The notes beneath the pieces were generated by a model. That model was not told the origin of the DNA. It saw only the letters and a program-made list of their open reading frames with translations, and made no database searches. The position numbers and the translations under genes were made by a program. This document shows, piece by piece, positions 8,513-17,997 of a stretch of 64,000 nt of DNA; the first letter of the stretch is position 1; each line of letters starts with the position of its first letter. Source of the stretch: a virus; IMG/VR virus record IMGVR_UViG_3300030419_004788, positions 32,001-96,000 of that record; one strand, given 5' to 3'.

Positions 8513-10003
8513 TTATAGTTTTATTTTTAGTATATTAAAAACAAAGTTCTCTCTATTATATATCTTTATTCTTTCATCGAAGTGTCGCATAGTGTGATTC
8601 TTATACTTTTTAAAGTTTAAATTATCACTTATATCATACAATTTTACATGGTCTTTGTTACTTGATTTTCTTAATCCCCTACCAATGGACTGTAATACCC
8701 TTATGACCGATTTAGAAGGTGAAGAAAATATAATGTTATGAATATTTTTGATATTAATTCCTGTAGAACAAGTTCCATATGAAGCAATTAATATAGCATT
8801 TTTTTCTTTGTCTATAATCTTTCTAATATACTCTCTTTGTTCGGTTTCTGTACCACCATGAATAAAAAATACTTTTCTATCGCTGCATTCACGCCTAATT
8901 CTATCGAATAGTGGTTTACCATGATTCTCTACATAATTAAATAGGAGTAAAGTATTACCTTTCATACTGGAACATAAAGAAGTAATAAATTTATTTCTTT
9001 TTTCATGTGCAATTATCCATTTAATCTCGTCTTGATATGTTGCTCTTTTTACAGATTCTATATCCTTTATCGGATATTGTAAATTTATACAATCAATTTC
9101 TAATCTAGAAAGTAAATCCTTTTCTATCAATTTTGTGGTGGTGGTAACATTATAAACCCCACCAAACAATCCTTCTATTACTAACTTGTGTGTATGTGTT
9201 CCGTCTAAAGTACCTGTCGTCCCTATACGGTATTTGCAGTCCTTTAATTTTGTCATTAGACTAGTTAAGGACTTAGATTTAAATAAATGGCATTCATCAC
9301 CAAATATAGCACCATATTGAGAAAAATATTTTTCGGACATCTTATATAAACTTTGCCATGTAGATATCACCACCTTTTTCTCTGTTACTTTATCCTGTCC
9401 TGCATATACCACATGACATTTATCGTCAACATTCCAATTATTCTTAGATGAGTAATCTTTAAAATCATTATACATCTGAGAAACTAGTCCTGTTGTTGGT
9501 ACAATAATTAATATCTTTTTATCTTTTGGCAAAATAGATTCATAATATCTAACCAGGCTGTAAATTATCAAAGACTTACCACTTCCAGTTGGAGAAAGAA
9601 GAAGACACCGTTCTTTGTTTATTGCATGAGTAATGGCATCTATTTGATGGTCGTGTGGTTGTATTTCTTTTCCATTTACAGTTGGTTGTATCTTATCTAG
9701 AATATAAGAATTTACATCTTTGTGTGGTATGGCACTTTGTGGTTTTTTAATATCTGTTTCAACCGTATAGTTTCTTTCCTGTGCGAACTTATAAACATAA
9801 TCAAGCAATCCCGAATATAATAATTGTGTGTGGACACTATAGAGTCTAATTTGACCGTCCCATATTTTATTTTTATATGCAGGGGTATATTGATAGTTAG
9901 GAACAGTAAAGGTGAAGAAATCACTCAGTTCTTTTGCAATCGACCTTTCACATCTAATTTTGATATGAACAGAATCTATTTGTTGTACATCTAAATCACT
10001 CAT
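8513..10003 (-). CDS. uvsW: UvsW superfamily 2 DNA helicase
   Basis: FTFTVPNYQYTPAYKNKIWDGQIRL, Walker A LSPTGSGKS, GDECHLFK, GTTGTLDG, FIHGGT and RVLQSIGRGLRK. Confidence 0.96.
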   Translation of the reverse strand: MSDLDVQQIDSVHIKIRCERSIAKELSDFFTFTVPNYQYTPAYKNKIWDGQIRLYSVHTQLLYSGLLDYVYKFAQERNYTVETDIKKPQSAIPHKDVNSYILDKIQPTVNGKEIQPHDHQIDAITHAINKERCLLLSPTGSGKSLIIYSLVRYYESILPKDKKILIIVPTTGLVSQMYNDFKDYSSKNNWNVDDKCHVVYAGQDKVTEKKVVISTWQSLYKMSEKYFSQYGAIFGDECHLFKSKSLTSLMTKLKDCKYRIGTTGTLDGTHTHKLVIEGLFGGVYNVTTTTKLIEKDLLSRLEIDCINLQYPIKDIESVKRATYQDEIKWIIAHEKRNKFITSLCSSMKGNTLLLFNYVENHGKPLFDRIRRECSDRKVFFIHGGTETEQREYIRKIIDKEKNAILIASYGTCSTGINIKNIHNIIFSSPSKSVIRVLQSIGRGLRKSSNKDHVKLYDISDNLNFKKYKNHTMRHFDERIKIYNRENFVFNILKIKL

Positions 10004-10434
10004 GCGCCATTAGTGAATTTCAACCAATCAATGGCTGCACGAATATTCCACTGCCTATTGTTGATAATTTTAATTACACTTTCTAGATAGTTTACTTTTT
10101 CTTTTTGAAAGAGTATTCTATTCGCCAATTTAATCAAATCTTCATCCGCACTTAAAAATTTCTCTATGTCTGTTTTGAGAATATTTAGGTCAAATGTATC
10201 CCACCCTCTATCTTTTAGTTGTTCTGGACTCATTTTTCCTGTGTAATATAGCCACTTGTCCCTTTTAAGAATGTTTAAATCTGATTCGAGTTTGCCCATT
10301 ATTAATTTTTCATCTGTGTACATTACGAGATATTTGTTATGAATTTGTGGCGTTTTCATTGATTCTATATCTAATTCAGTTTTATCCATAACCAAATCAT
10401 CACTTACCATTTTTCTTAATTCTTCTATATTCAT
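10000..10434 (-). CDS. uvsY: UvsY recombination mediator
   Basis: LDIESMKTPQIHNKYL, KWLYYTGK, LKTDIEKFLSADEDL and IINNRQWNIRAAIDWLKF; immediately upstream of uvsW. Confidence 0.92.
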   Translation of the reverse strand: MNIEELRKMVSDDLVMDKTELDIESMKTPQIHNKYLVMYTDEKLIMGKLESDLNILKRDKWLYYTGKMSPEQLKDRGWDTFDLNILKTDIEKFLSADEDLIKLANRILFQKEKVNYLESVIKIINNRQWNIRAAIDWLKFTNGA

Positions 10435-10451
10435 AATAAATCTCCTGACTA

Positions 10452-10479
10452 ATTATAACACAAAAAAAGGTAAAGTCAA
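10452..10479 (-). promoter_or_regulatory. Sigma70-type promoter for the uvsY-uvsW operon
   Basis: Minus strand TTGACT(10479-10474)-N16-TATAAT(10457-10452) with extended -10 TGT, followed by SD AGGAG and the ATG at 10434. Confidence 0.75.
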
Positions 10480-10484
10480 GTTAA

Positions 10485-11069
10485 TTAAAGTGCCGTGACA
10501 CTATATGATGTGTATGTAAATGTTGCGTTCGCAATCACTGGTTCATTTTCGGTTAATGCCGAATTGAAATCTATTCCAGATAAGGCGATAGGGAAAGTGT
10601 CCTTAAATCGAACATGATATTTTGGTTTATATACACTGTTAGTTACTACAAGAAGAATATCAGAAAAGAATTCCATAGTTTGTTTTCTGTCTATGACTGG
10701 TTTATCTAGTTTTTCCATAGTACCAATATCTTTCATCCAATTGAAGACTTCCAGCCAATTCAGCATATTTTCATCTACTATAAAACTAACATTTAAATCG
10801 TCAAATGCATATTTACCACCTATAAATTTTGGATTTAAACCTAAAGCAGTAGGTTGTTCAACTGGAGTTAAAGTCAATGCAGGTAAACCAACACTTTGGC
10901 AGAAATATGTTACAGTGGGGAGTCTTGTAATTTCTAATCTAAAAAAGTTGGTAGAAAGATAATTATTGGTAGACGGTTGCCTAGGATTATAAGACCTAGT
11001 TACATCGGGTATTCCAGGACCAGTGTATCCACCAGTAGTTCCCTGTGCATTTGGATTTGAATATACCAT
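10485..11069 (-). CDS. gp3: Tail tube terminator / tail completion protein gp3
   Basis: NYLSTNFFRL...PTVTYFCQSVGLP, FDDLNVSFIVDENMLNWLEVFNWM, FKDTFPIALSGIDF and ATFTYTSY. Position after gp23 is typical of marine T4-likes. Confidence 0.85.
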   Translation of the reverse strand: MVYSNPNAQGTTGGYTGPGIPDVTRSYNPRQPSTNNYLSTNFFRLEITRLPTVTYFCQSVGLPALTLTPVEQPTALGLNPKFIGGKYAFDDLNVSFIVDENMLNWLEVFNWMKDIGTMEKLDKPVIDRKQTMEFFSDILLVVTNSVYKPKYHVRFKDTFPIALSGIDFNSALTENEPVIANATFTYTSYSVTAL

Positions 11070-11100
11070 AAACTTCTCCTACTATATGTATAAAAAGATA

Positions 11101-11122
11101 GGGGAGTCCCGAAGGACTCCCC
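11101..11122 (-). terminator. Rho-independent terminator after gp23 with cUUCGg tetraloop
   Basis: Minus strand GGGGAGTCC-TTCG-GGACTCCCC (perfect 9-bp stem) followed by TATCTTTTT, the classic T4-type UUCG hairpin. Confidence 0.92.
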
Positions 11123-11161
11123 ATCTATTACCTAGTAGATTGCTCTACATTAATTTAGGGT

Positions 11162-12541
11162 TTATGATGAACCACTAGTGTTACCATGTAGGTTAGTGAT
11201 TGCAAAGAGTCTGTAGTAGACATTCTTACTTGCAACTAGTTCACCACTTGACATTACGGCAGAACCGTCATCGTGTGCGAATGGGTTTGCTACCATACCA
11301 TATCGAGTCTTGAACCCGATTTTTGGTTGGAAGGTGTTTTCCCCAACGGCACGAACCATTTGTAGTGGAACATATGGACAGTAGAACAGTCCAGCATCGT
11401 ATGGGTTGCTACCTCTGTAACCAACACATGCGAAGTTTACATCTGAAGATGCTGTATCTGATGCACTGTATGGGTCGATGTAAACTTTCATCTTACCATT
11501 CAATGTACCTACAAAAGTGTTACCAGTGTCATCAACATCTAGATTAGTGTTGAGTGCTGGCGATAGTTGTAACCAACCACCCATTGCGAGTGCGGAAGCA
11601 ACATCGGATGAACAAACAACGAAGTTACCTTTGCCTCTACGGGTTTGCTTTGAGATTGTGTTTGCTTCTCGTTCGAGTTGGAACATCAAACCACGGAATC
11701 GTTCTGCACTCCATCGTCCGTCAGAGTCAACATTTAGGTCATAAGTACCCGCAGTTGTGAGGTCATTTTGTTGTGCGCCGTCTTTAGCAGTTACATAAAC
11801 ACTTCGGATTACTTCTCGGTTAATTTCTGCGAGAATTTCTGTGCTAAGAATATTAGCAAGTTCACTTTCTGCATCTAAACCATGAACTGCTTTCAAGTCT
11901 TGAGCAAGTTCAGTGGTGTATTCTGCTTTCAATGCACGAGTTCTGGCTTCTACAGCAACTCGTTCGATGCTGAATGCCATTTCTCGGAATGTAGTTGTGT
12001 CACCAAGGCCTTCGGCACTTGCTGTTAGCAATGCACGGAAACCTGTGAGTGCGGCACTTGTTGGGTTGATACCATCTTTTGATAGTGTTACACCACCAAC
12101 TGAAGTGTTACCTGCACCAGAGAATTTAGCAAATGCTTCTTGATACAATGCTTCTGCACCACTTTGACTATCATATTTTGCTCTCATAGCAAAGATAAGT
12201 CCAGTAGGCGCACTCATTGGTTGAACACCAACGAGGTCATATGCAAGTAGATTTGGCATTGCACGACGGACCAAACTGATTAAGATTGGGTCGTAACCTG
12301 CGAGGTTTGAAGAACCTGCTTGTGCGGCTTGAGTAACGGTAAAGCCACCACCACCCATTGCGTTTGCGGGTGCTTCTGTTAAGTGCTGTTCCCTCAATGC
12401 TTGTTCTTGATTTTCCAAGAGTACGGCAGTTACTTTTTGTTTGTAATTGTCGTTGATGCTTGGTAAATCGGGATGCTCCAGTACTGGAGCCCATTTTTCA
12501 GCAAGTACATCTGCTGTGCTGTTTTCTTTGTTGAAATCCAT
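11162..12541 (-). CDS. gp23: Major capsid protein gp23
   Basis: LAEKWAPVLEH, VTAVLLENQE, LISLVRRAMPNL, GVQPMSAPTGLIFAMR, RALKAEYTTELAQDLKAVHGLDAESEL, YCPYVPLQM and FQPKIGFKTRYGM. Probable gp21 cleavage site LTE/A. Confidence 0.99.
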   Translation of the reverse strand: MDFNKENSTADVLAEKWAPVLEHPDLPSINDNYKQKVTAVLLENQEQALREQHLTEAPANAMGGGGFTVTQAAQAGSSNLAGYDPILISLVRRAMPNLLAYDLVGVQPMSAPTGLIFAMRAKYDSQSGAEALYQEAFAKFSGAGNTSVGGVTLSKDGINPTSAALTGFRALLTASAEGLGDTTTFREMAFSIERVAVEARTRALKAEYTTELAQDLKAVHGLDAESELANILSTEILAEINREVIRSVYVTAKDGAQQNDLTTAGTYDLNVDSDGRWSAERFRGLMFQLEREANTISKQTRRGKGNFVVCSSDVASALAMGGWLQLSPALNTNLDVDDTGNTFVGTLNGKMKVYIDPYSASDTASSDVNFACVGYRGSNPYDAGLFYCPYVPLQMVRAVGENTFQPKIGFKTRYGMVANPFAHDDGSAVMSSGELVASKNVYYRLFAITNLHGNTSGSS

Positions 12542-12595
12542 TATAGATTCTCCTTGTTATGTTGATTTACTTTCTTATATATAAAAATCTTATTC

Positions 12596-13558
12596 TCAAG
12601 ATGTTTTATCTGCTTTACTGTGTCTGTGAATTGAGTTCATGTAAATGTCCATTGGACTTCCTGCTTCTGGAGCAGGTTTACTTTCACCGGCGCTCTCAAC
12701 TAATTCTTCTGTTGTTGAAGGAGCATTTGTGAAGTAACTTTCTCTTAGAATGTTAATCTTTTCTCGATATTGATTTTCATCATCAAACTCAATACCTTCA
12801 GATAAAGAAGCAAGTTTATCTACTTCAACATCTGTCAAACCATCAGTTTCTTCTGCAAAAATTTCACCGCAACGATGTGCAGTAATTTCTTTATGAAGTG
12901 CAATGTTTTCTTCGAGTGCTAGATTTAGATTTTCTTCTAATTGTTCGTTTGCTTCTGTGATATCACCAAGAACATCATATTTTTCATCTGGCATATCAAT
13001 ATATGAATTTTCAAACAATTCTTTTAAACCAGAGATAAAGTTTTCTGCAACATCTGTTCGGATACCATTTTCAACAGCAAGTTTATTTTCTTCCATCCAT
13101 TGTTCAACAACATAACCCAAGTAGTCATCTAATTTTTCTATTAGGTCTTTAGTTGTTTCTTCGATAGATTCTGTAAGATGGGCTTGATATTGTTCTATGA
13201 TAGCATCTTCAAATGCACCAACTCGTTCGTTGATTGCGGCTTCAAAGATTGTAGCAGCCTTACCCTGAAATGCTTCAGAAAGTTCTTCACCATCAAAAAG
13301 AGTGGCTAAGTGATGTTCTAATCTTTCTTTAGAAGTACCACTTGCTTTTGGCTTTTCAATGGTAGCAGATGCTTTTGATTTACCTTTTAACTCATTACCA
13401 CCTTGAGAAGTACCTTTATCTGTGTCAATCTTAGCATGACCGCCTTCAGCGTCCTGATAGAGTTTTGGGTCTTCTTCACTCGATGTATCAAGGGTAGGAG
13501 TTTCAGGTTTCTTTCCTGCCTCTGATAATTCTGTTGTATAATATTCTGTTTCGGACAT
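12596..13558 (-). CDS. gp22: Prohead core scaffold protein gp22
   Basis: LFDGEELSEAFQGKAATIFEAA, LDDYLGYVVEQWMEEN..AVENGIRTDVAENFISGLKELF and KLASLSEGIEF...KINILRESYF. Confidence 0.93.
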   Translation of the reverse strand: MSETEYYTTELSEAGKKPETPTLDTSSEEDPKLYQDAEGGHAKIDTDKGTSQGGNELKGKSKASATIEKPKASGTSKERLEHHLATLFDGEELSEAFQGKAATIFEAAINERVGAFEDAIIEQYQAHLTESIEETTKDLIEKLDDYLGYVVEQWMEENKLAVENGIRTDVAENFISGLKELFENSYIDMPDEKYDVLGDITEANEQLEENLNLALEENIALHKEITAHRCGEIFAEETDGLTDVEVDKLASLSEGIEFDDENQYREKINILRESYFTNAPSTTEELVESAGESKPAPEAGSPMDIYMNSIHRHSKADKTS

Positions 13559-13648
13559 GTTTACTTAACTCCTTGTTGTAGTCTTGTTTATTTTAAACTA
13601 TCTAATTATATATATTTTTTAATAATTCTACAGGCAATTTTACTTGGG

Positions 13649-13918
13649 TCATGCCTTACTTAATAGTTTATGTACCCATTTACCACCCAATTCTCCTGCC
13701 TTTGCAATCAAAGCAGCCTTTGCAGATTCTCCTGCGGCAGTAATTGCTTGTTTACCAACCTTTTCTATTTTATCTGTTGTTTTCTGACCTAACTTTTCTA
13801 CACTCTTTTTCTTCGCTTTACCATATACATCCTTTACTTTATCCACAACTTCAGATACATCTTCTTCATTGATTAGTGCTTGTTTTGATATGTGTACTAG
13901 AGAATTTTGTTGTGTCAT
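13649..13918 (-). CDS. Small Lys-rich hypothetical protein, possible internal head protein
   Basis: 89 aa ORF between gp21 and gp22 on the coding strand. Contains an L-I-N-E motif resembling gp21 cleavage sites. Confidence 0.5.
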   Translation of the reverse strand: MTQQNSLVHISKQALINEEDVSEVVDKVKDVYGKAKKKSVEKLGQKTTDKIEKVGKQAITAAGESAKAALIAKAGELGGKWVHKLLSKA

Positions 13919-13927
13919 TATAATACC

Positions 13928-14575
13928 CTATAGTTTTGATAGAAAATCTTTAAAAGCATGAATTGCTTTTTCTTCCAGTTCTCTTGCAGATGCTTTATTA
14001 ATCATCTTGCAATATTCATTAATTTGTTGTTCTTTGATTACACCATTTTCCCAAATCCATTCTTTACCTTCCATGATACCATTTACAAATGCGCCAGGTG
14101 CAGATGGGTCTGCGACAATATCTACTGCTGAAAGCATGAAGTCATCCTTTACATAATTGACACCACCTTTTTCTTCCAACGAACCCATCCCTCTAGATGA
14201 AACACCAAGTTGTGCGCCTTCATTTACTAAATTTTTTGCGATATTACCCATAGGAGTATCAAGAAGTTTCGCTTTACCTTGAACATCATTACCGTCAACC
14301 TTTAACTCTTTAATCATGTGAGAAACACGGTCAAGATTTACAGTTGGACCTTGAGGATGGTTAAGTTCACCCATTGCACGATTACGAGATACTAAATCTT
14401 TATTATATCTTGCAACTTCGTTTTCCATGATTCCGAGAGGATAGATTCTACCATTTCGATTCTTTTGCTCTGCTTGCATAAAGATACCTTGAATGTAGTG
14501 ATTCTTGGCGCCAGTACTTTTATCTTCTTCGATAAGAACTTGAATATCTTCGGTCATTTCCGTAATGAGTTTCAT
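13928..14575 (-). CDS. gp21: Prohead core protease gp21
   Basis: MKLITE, YIQGIFMQAEQKNRNGRIYP, GELNHP, NLDRVSHMI, LGVSSRGMGSL and DIVADPSAPGAFVNGIMEGKEW. Confidence 0.97.
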   Translation of the reverse strand: MKLITEMTEDIQVLIEEDKSTGAKNHYIQGIFMQAEQKNRNGRIYPLGIMENEVARYNKDLVSRNRAMGELNHPQGPTVNLDRVSHMIKELKVDGNDVQGKAKLLDTPMGNIAKNLVNEGAQLGVSSRGMGSLEEKGGVNYVKDDFMLSAVDIVADPSAPGAFVNGIMEGKEWIWENGVIKEQQINEYCKMINKASARELEEKAIHAFKDFLSKL

Positions 14576-15159
14576 GTTGCTTTTTCCTTTTCTTCTTTAG
14601 ATTGGGTAGCGTGCCATTTCGCTTTTATTTTGGATTTTAGAGCATCAGTTAATTTTTCATACTTCTTAATTTCTATCCCATAGATGTATTTGGCTCTACC
14701 ATCACCCCTAGAACCTTCATCCAAATCTTCATCTTCAGTGGTTGTATCTTGATACAAAGCCTTGGCTGCTTTTCTACCGGGACCAGATTTGGGTGCAAGT
14801 TTTAGATTTTCATCAACTTCTTCATCATCTTCGATTTCTTTCTTACGAACCTTTCTTCGGTTCTTTAGATAATCGTCAGATTCATCGTTATCTCCATCAT
14901 TATCAACATCACTATCTTCTGCATCAACAGGGTCTAATCCTTCACCGTCATCTTCTTTATCAGTTTTTTCTGCATAATCATCTTCATCATCATCTTTCTT
15001 TTTCTTCTTTTCATATATGCCATATACAGACCCAGTTATATCTTCTTTCATATCACTAAGTACTTCATTTACTTTAGAATATAAAAGATTATCGGTTGCT
15101 TCTTTTGCAGCCGAAATGTTTCCGTCTAGTAGGTCTTTGATGATGTTTTCCGTTGTCAT
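14572..15159 (-). CDS. Prohead core protein (gp67-like N-terminus) with acidic DxDNDG segment
   Basis: N-terminal IIKDLLDGNISAAKEATDNLLYSKV helix is gp67-like. Contains LDPVDAEDSDVDNDGDNDESDDYLKNRRK and several (L/V)xE motifs. Confidence 0.55.
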   Translation of the reverse strand: MTTENIIKDLLDGNISAAKEATDNLLYSKVNEVLSDMKEDITGSVYGIYEKKKKKDDDEDDYAEKTDKEDDGEGLDPVDAEDSDVDNDGDNDESDDYLKNRRKVRKKEIEDDEEVDENLKLAPKSGPGRKAAKALYQDTTTEDEDLDEGSRGDGRAKYIYGIEIKKYEKLTDALKSKIKAKWHATQSKEEKEKAT

Positions 15160-15170
15160 ATTTACTACCC

Positions 15171-15605
15171 TTATTCGTTAAATTGATTATTACAGAAGGT
15201 TAATACTTTTGTATAATCTTCCTCTGATTCTTCTAATAATGCTCTCATCTTCTTTTGATTTTCTTCATTTAAAGTATCATGTACAGAAGTGATATTGGTT
15301 GCATCTTCTTGTGTTATATGTATATTTGTTCCGTCTTTGGGTTCAAAATTTACGCCATTTTCATTATCTAGTGCTTCTTGTATTGATGATATGATGTCAT
15401 TCATAGTAGTTTCTTCCTTTATTGCTTTCATCTCATGTGATAAAAAGTCCATCATAGTTATCATTTCTTTATCTTTGATATTAGAAATACTAACACTTTT
15501 TGATATTGTTTTTATGTTTCGTTTGTTTACCCCTGCATTTATTATAGAAGATGCAAACTTTTTAGCATCTGATACATTTTTAAATTTATACTTTATGGGT
15601 TTCAT
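15171..15605 (-). CDS. Prohead core protein gp68-like
   Basis: C-terminal FEPKDGTNIHITQEDATNITSVHDTLNEENQKKM matches the gp68-like pattern. Lies between gp20 and gp21. Confidence 0.55.
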   Translation of the reverse strand: MKPIKYKFKNVSDAKKFASSIINAGVNKRNIKTISKSVSISNIKDKEMITMMDFLSHEMKAIKEETTMNDIISSIQEALDNENGVNFEPKDGTNIHITQEDATNITSVHDTLNEENQKKMRALLEESEEDYTKVLTFCNNQFNE

Positions 15606-15797
15606 TTATGATTCTTCCTCTAAATCGTCTTCCTCTGAACTATTTATTAAATTAGAAGAAATTTCAGATTCTTTATTTGCCATTTTTTGTCCAATTCTTT
15701 CTCCGATTTCAGCCTGAAATGCAGAAGAAAATTCTTCCCTATCTCCATCGAAAATAGAAGCAATCATATCATCCATATAATTTTTCTCATCGTCCAT
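15606..15797 (-). CDS. Small acidic prohead core protein gp67-like
   Basis: 63 aa ORF directly after the portal gene: MIASIFDGDREEFSSAFQAEIGERI, with an acidic tail. Confidence 0.55.
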   Translation of the reverse strand: MDDEKNYMDDMIASIFDGDREEFSSAFQAEIGERIGQKMANKESEISSNLINSSEEDDLEEES

Positions 15798-17326
15798 TAA
15801 TACTCTCCTTCTTGTCCCATCATATCTTCTTCAGGTTCTAAATTAGACCCTTCTTTTTGTATCTGTGCATCAATTTGCATAATTTCTTCTTCTGATTGTT
15901 GTAATACATTCTTTCGTATCCAATCTGTAGAATAATATTTACCAACATATTCCTCCATTTGAGTTAATATATCTAATCTATCCTTTAAAATTTCTGTTTG
16001 TTTTAATTCTGAAAAATAAGAATCCTGATTAAAATTAAATTTAATATCTGGAGAGAGTTTATCCCAATCTTCCTGTGACATTACACCCTTGAGTATTAGT
16101 TGAACTCGTAGTAATTGTAGGAACATATCAGAAAATCTCATTCTCAGTTTTTCAATAAACTTATAGAATTTAACTTCATCTCTAGTAATTTCAGCAGAGC
16201 GACCCATGTTGAATCCGTTTTCTGCTTCCATTCTACTGATAGGAACATTCAAAGAACGATATACTTTCTTGAGTAGATATTCAACATCTTCCATTTCACC
16301 AAGATTTTGTCCACCATCAAGTGTAGTAATCTCTGTTCCTCTACCACCTTCTCGTCTTGGTAGCCAGAAGTCTTCTAGCATATGAAGATGGTTTCTCCCA
16401 TCCTTAATTTCACCAGTACCTGCATCGTATGTTAATTTATTTCTATAACGATTCATAATATCACGAAGATATTGTTCTGCTTTATTCTTTGGAAGATTAC
16501 CAACATCAATATAGAATATTCTTCGTTCTGGCGCACGAGAGATTCGATAGATAACAACTGCATCTTCAATTTGTCGTAACATATTTGTTGGTCGTATGGC
16601 TTTTTGTAGATACCCAACAACTCTTTTAGTGGATAAATCTATAACACCAGAATGAGCATAACAGATAGAATCTGTTGAAATTTTAATACCTGATGTCGGT
16701 GTTGTATATACCGAATCTTTACTGGTATCCGTATATACATAAAATTCTTCCACCTTTTTAACAAAAGGAACTTTACCAGTTCCAACATGTCTTTGTTCTT
16801 TTTCAACTTTTCTAACTTTTTTAATTTTAACTGGGTCTATCGCACGAAGTTCTTTAATTCCTTTTTGTGGATTGTCTTGGTCAATAACAATATGATAATA
16901 TAATTTACTATCAATATACCATCTTCGGAATAAATCTACTCCCTTTCTATGAAACTCTAACATCCTTAGAATGCCATCATACTCATCATAAATTTTATTT
17001 TTAATACCATCAGATAAGTCCACACTCTCTAAATCCAATTTAACTGGTTTATGGTCTTTATCTAATATAATGGATTCGTTAATAATATCTTCAATTGCTT
17101 GGTCTACTTCGGGGAATAACGACATATTCCGATATTGCATGATAAGATTGTTTTCATCACGAACAGAACCAGAGAAGTCTACAAGTGTTCCGAAGACTCC
17201 GCCGGTTTCTAAAGTATAAGTACCATCGTAACTATCTGGTGCTACAAATGATACTTGTTTCTTTGATTCTTGTGGTTCTACTGGGGAACTTTTCCCTATG
17301 GTGTAACCAAAAAGTTGTATGGGCAT
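15797..17326 (-). CDS. gp20: Portal protein gp20
   Basis: YRNMSLFPEVDQAIEDIINE, FRRWYIDSKLYYH, RQIEDAVVIYRISRAPERRIFYIDVGNLPKNKAEQYL and MLEDFWLPRREGGRGTEITTL. Confidence 0.98.
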   Translation of the reverse strand: MPIQLFGYTIGKSSPVEPQESKKQVSFVAPDSYDGTYTLETGGVFGTLVDFSGSVRDENNLIMQYRNMSLFPEVDQAIEDIINESIILDKDHKPVKLDLESVDLSDGIKNKIYDEYDGILRMLEFHRKGVDLFRRWYIDSKLYYHIVIDQDNPQKGIKELRAIDPVKIKKVRKVEKEQRHVGTGKVPFVKKVEEFYVYTDTSKDSVYTTPTSGIKISTDSICYAHSGVIDLSTKRVVGYLQKAIRPTNMLRQIEDAVVIYRISRAPERRIFYIDVGNLPKNKAEQYLRDIMNRYRNKLTYDAGTGEIKDGRNHLHMLEDFWLPRREGGRGTEITTLDGGQNLGEMEDVEYLLKKVYRSLNVPISRMEAENGFNMGRSAEITRDEVKFYKFIEKLRMRFSDMFLQLLRVQLILKGVMSQEDWDKLSPDIKFNFNQDSYFSELKQTEILKDRLDILTQMEEYVGKYYSTDWIRKNVLQQSEEEIMQIDAQIQKEGSNLEPEEDMMGQEGEY

Positions 17327-17404
17327 AATATAAATTCCTTTTGATGATAGTTACTATATGTATAATACTTTAATCATCGTATTATTGGAATGTAGCACAG
17401 CACC

Positions 17405-17965
17405 TTAGTTGGCGCCAGGACCACCAGCACCACCAGCACCTTGACAATCTTGCAGATAGTCGTATGCAAGAGTTATTGAATACTCTGTTAGTGTGTCTGC
17501 TACATCGTAACTCAAGTCGATTGCACCAACTTCTACAGGCCATGTTCGCATAAGTTGTCTACATCTGATGACATTACCCATCATATCTAATTGTTTTACG
17601 GTAGCAGTACCGAAAGATTCACCCACACCACTTAATTGGTCAGGATGCGATACAACATTTTCTTTATGGTCATTGAAATCGTTGTGCCATTTTTGGAATG
17701 TACCACGAATGTCGTCAGTAATTTCATCGAGCATTGTGAATGTCCACTCTGGGTATGCTCTATCACCGGGAAGTTTAGCAACACGACCACGAAACGGAAC
17801 TTGAAGTATCCCAACACTTTCTGCTGGCATCGACGCTGCCTTCACCATGAATTGATTTTTTATATCCCCATATTCACCCATGTCTATTTCGACTACAAAT
17901 CTATTTGGTCGAGTTCCACCATCAAAATTAGTCTTGAAGGTGTCTATGTCCATTTTGTGTGTCAT
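17405..17965 (-). CDS. gp19: Tail tube protein gp19
   Basis: FDGGTRPNRFVV, KAASMPAESVG..QVPFRGRVAKLPGDRAYPEWTFT, WPVEVGAIDLSYD and EYSITLAYDY. Confidence 0.95.
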   Translation of the reverse strand: MTHKMDIDTFKTNFDGGTRPNRFVVEIDMGEYGDIKNQFMVKAASMPAESVGILQVPFRGRVAKLPGDRAYPEWTFTMLDEITDDIRGTFQKWHNDFNDHKENVVSHPDQLSGVGESFGTATVKQLDMMGNVIRCRQLMRTWPVEVGAIDLSYDVADTLTEYSITLAYDYLQDCQGAGGAGGPGAN

Positions 17966-17997
17966 ATGCTATTACTCCTTAATGTAATCCTAATCTA

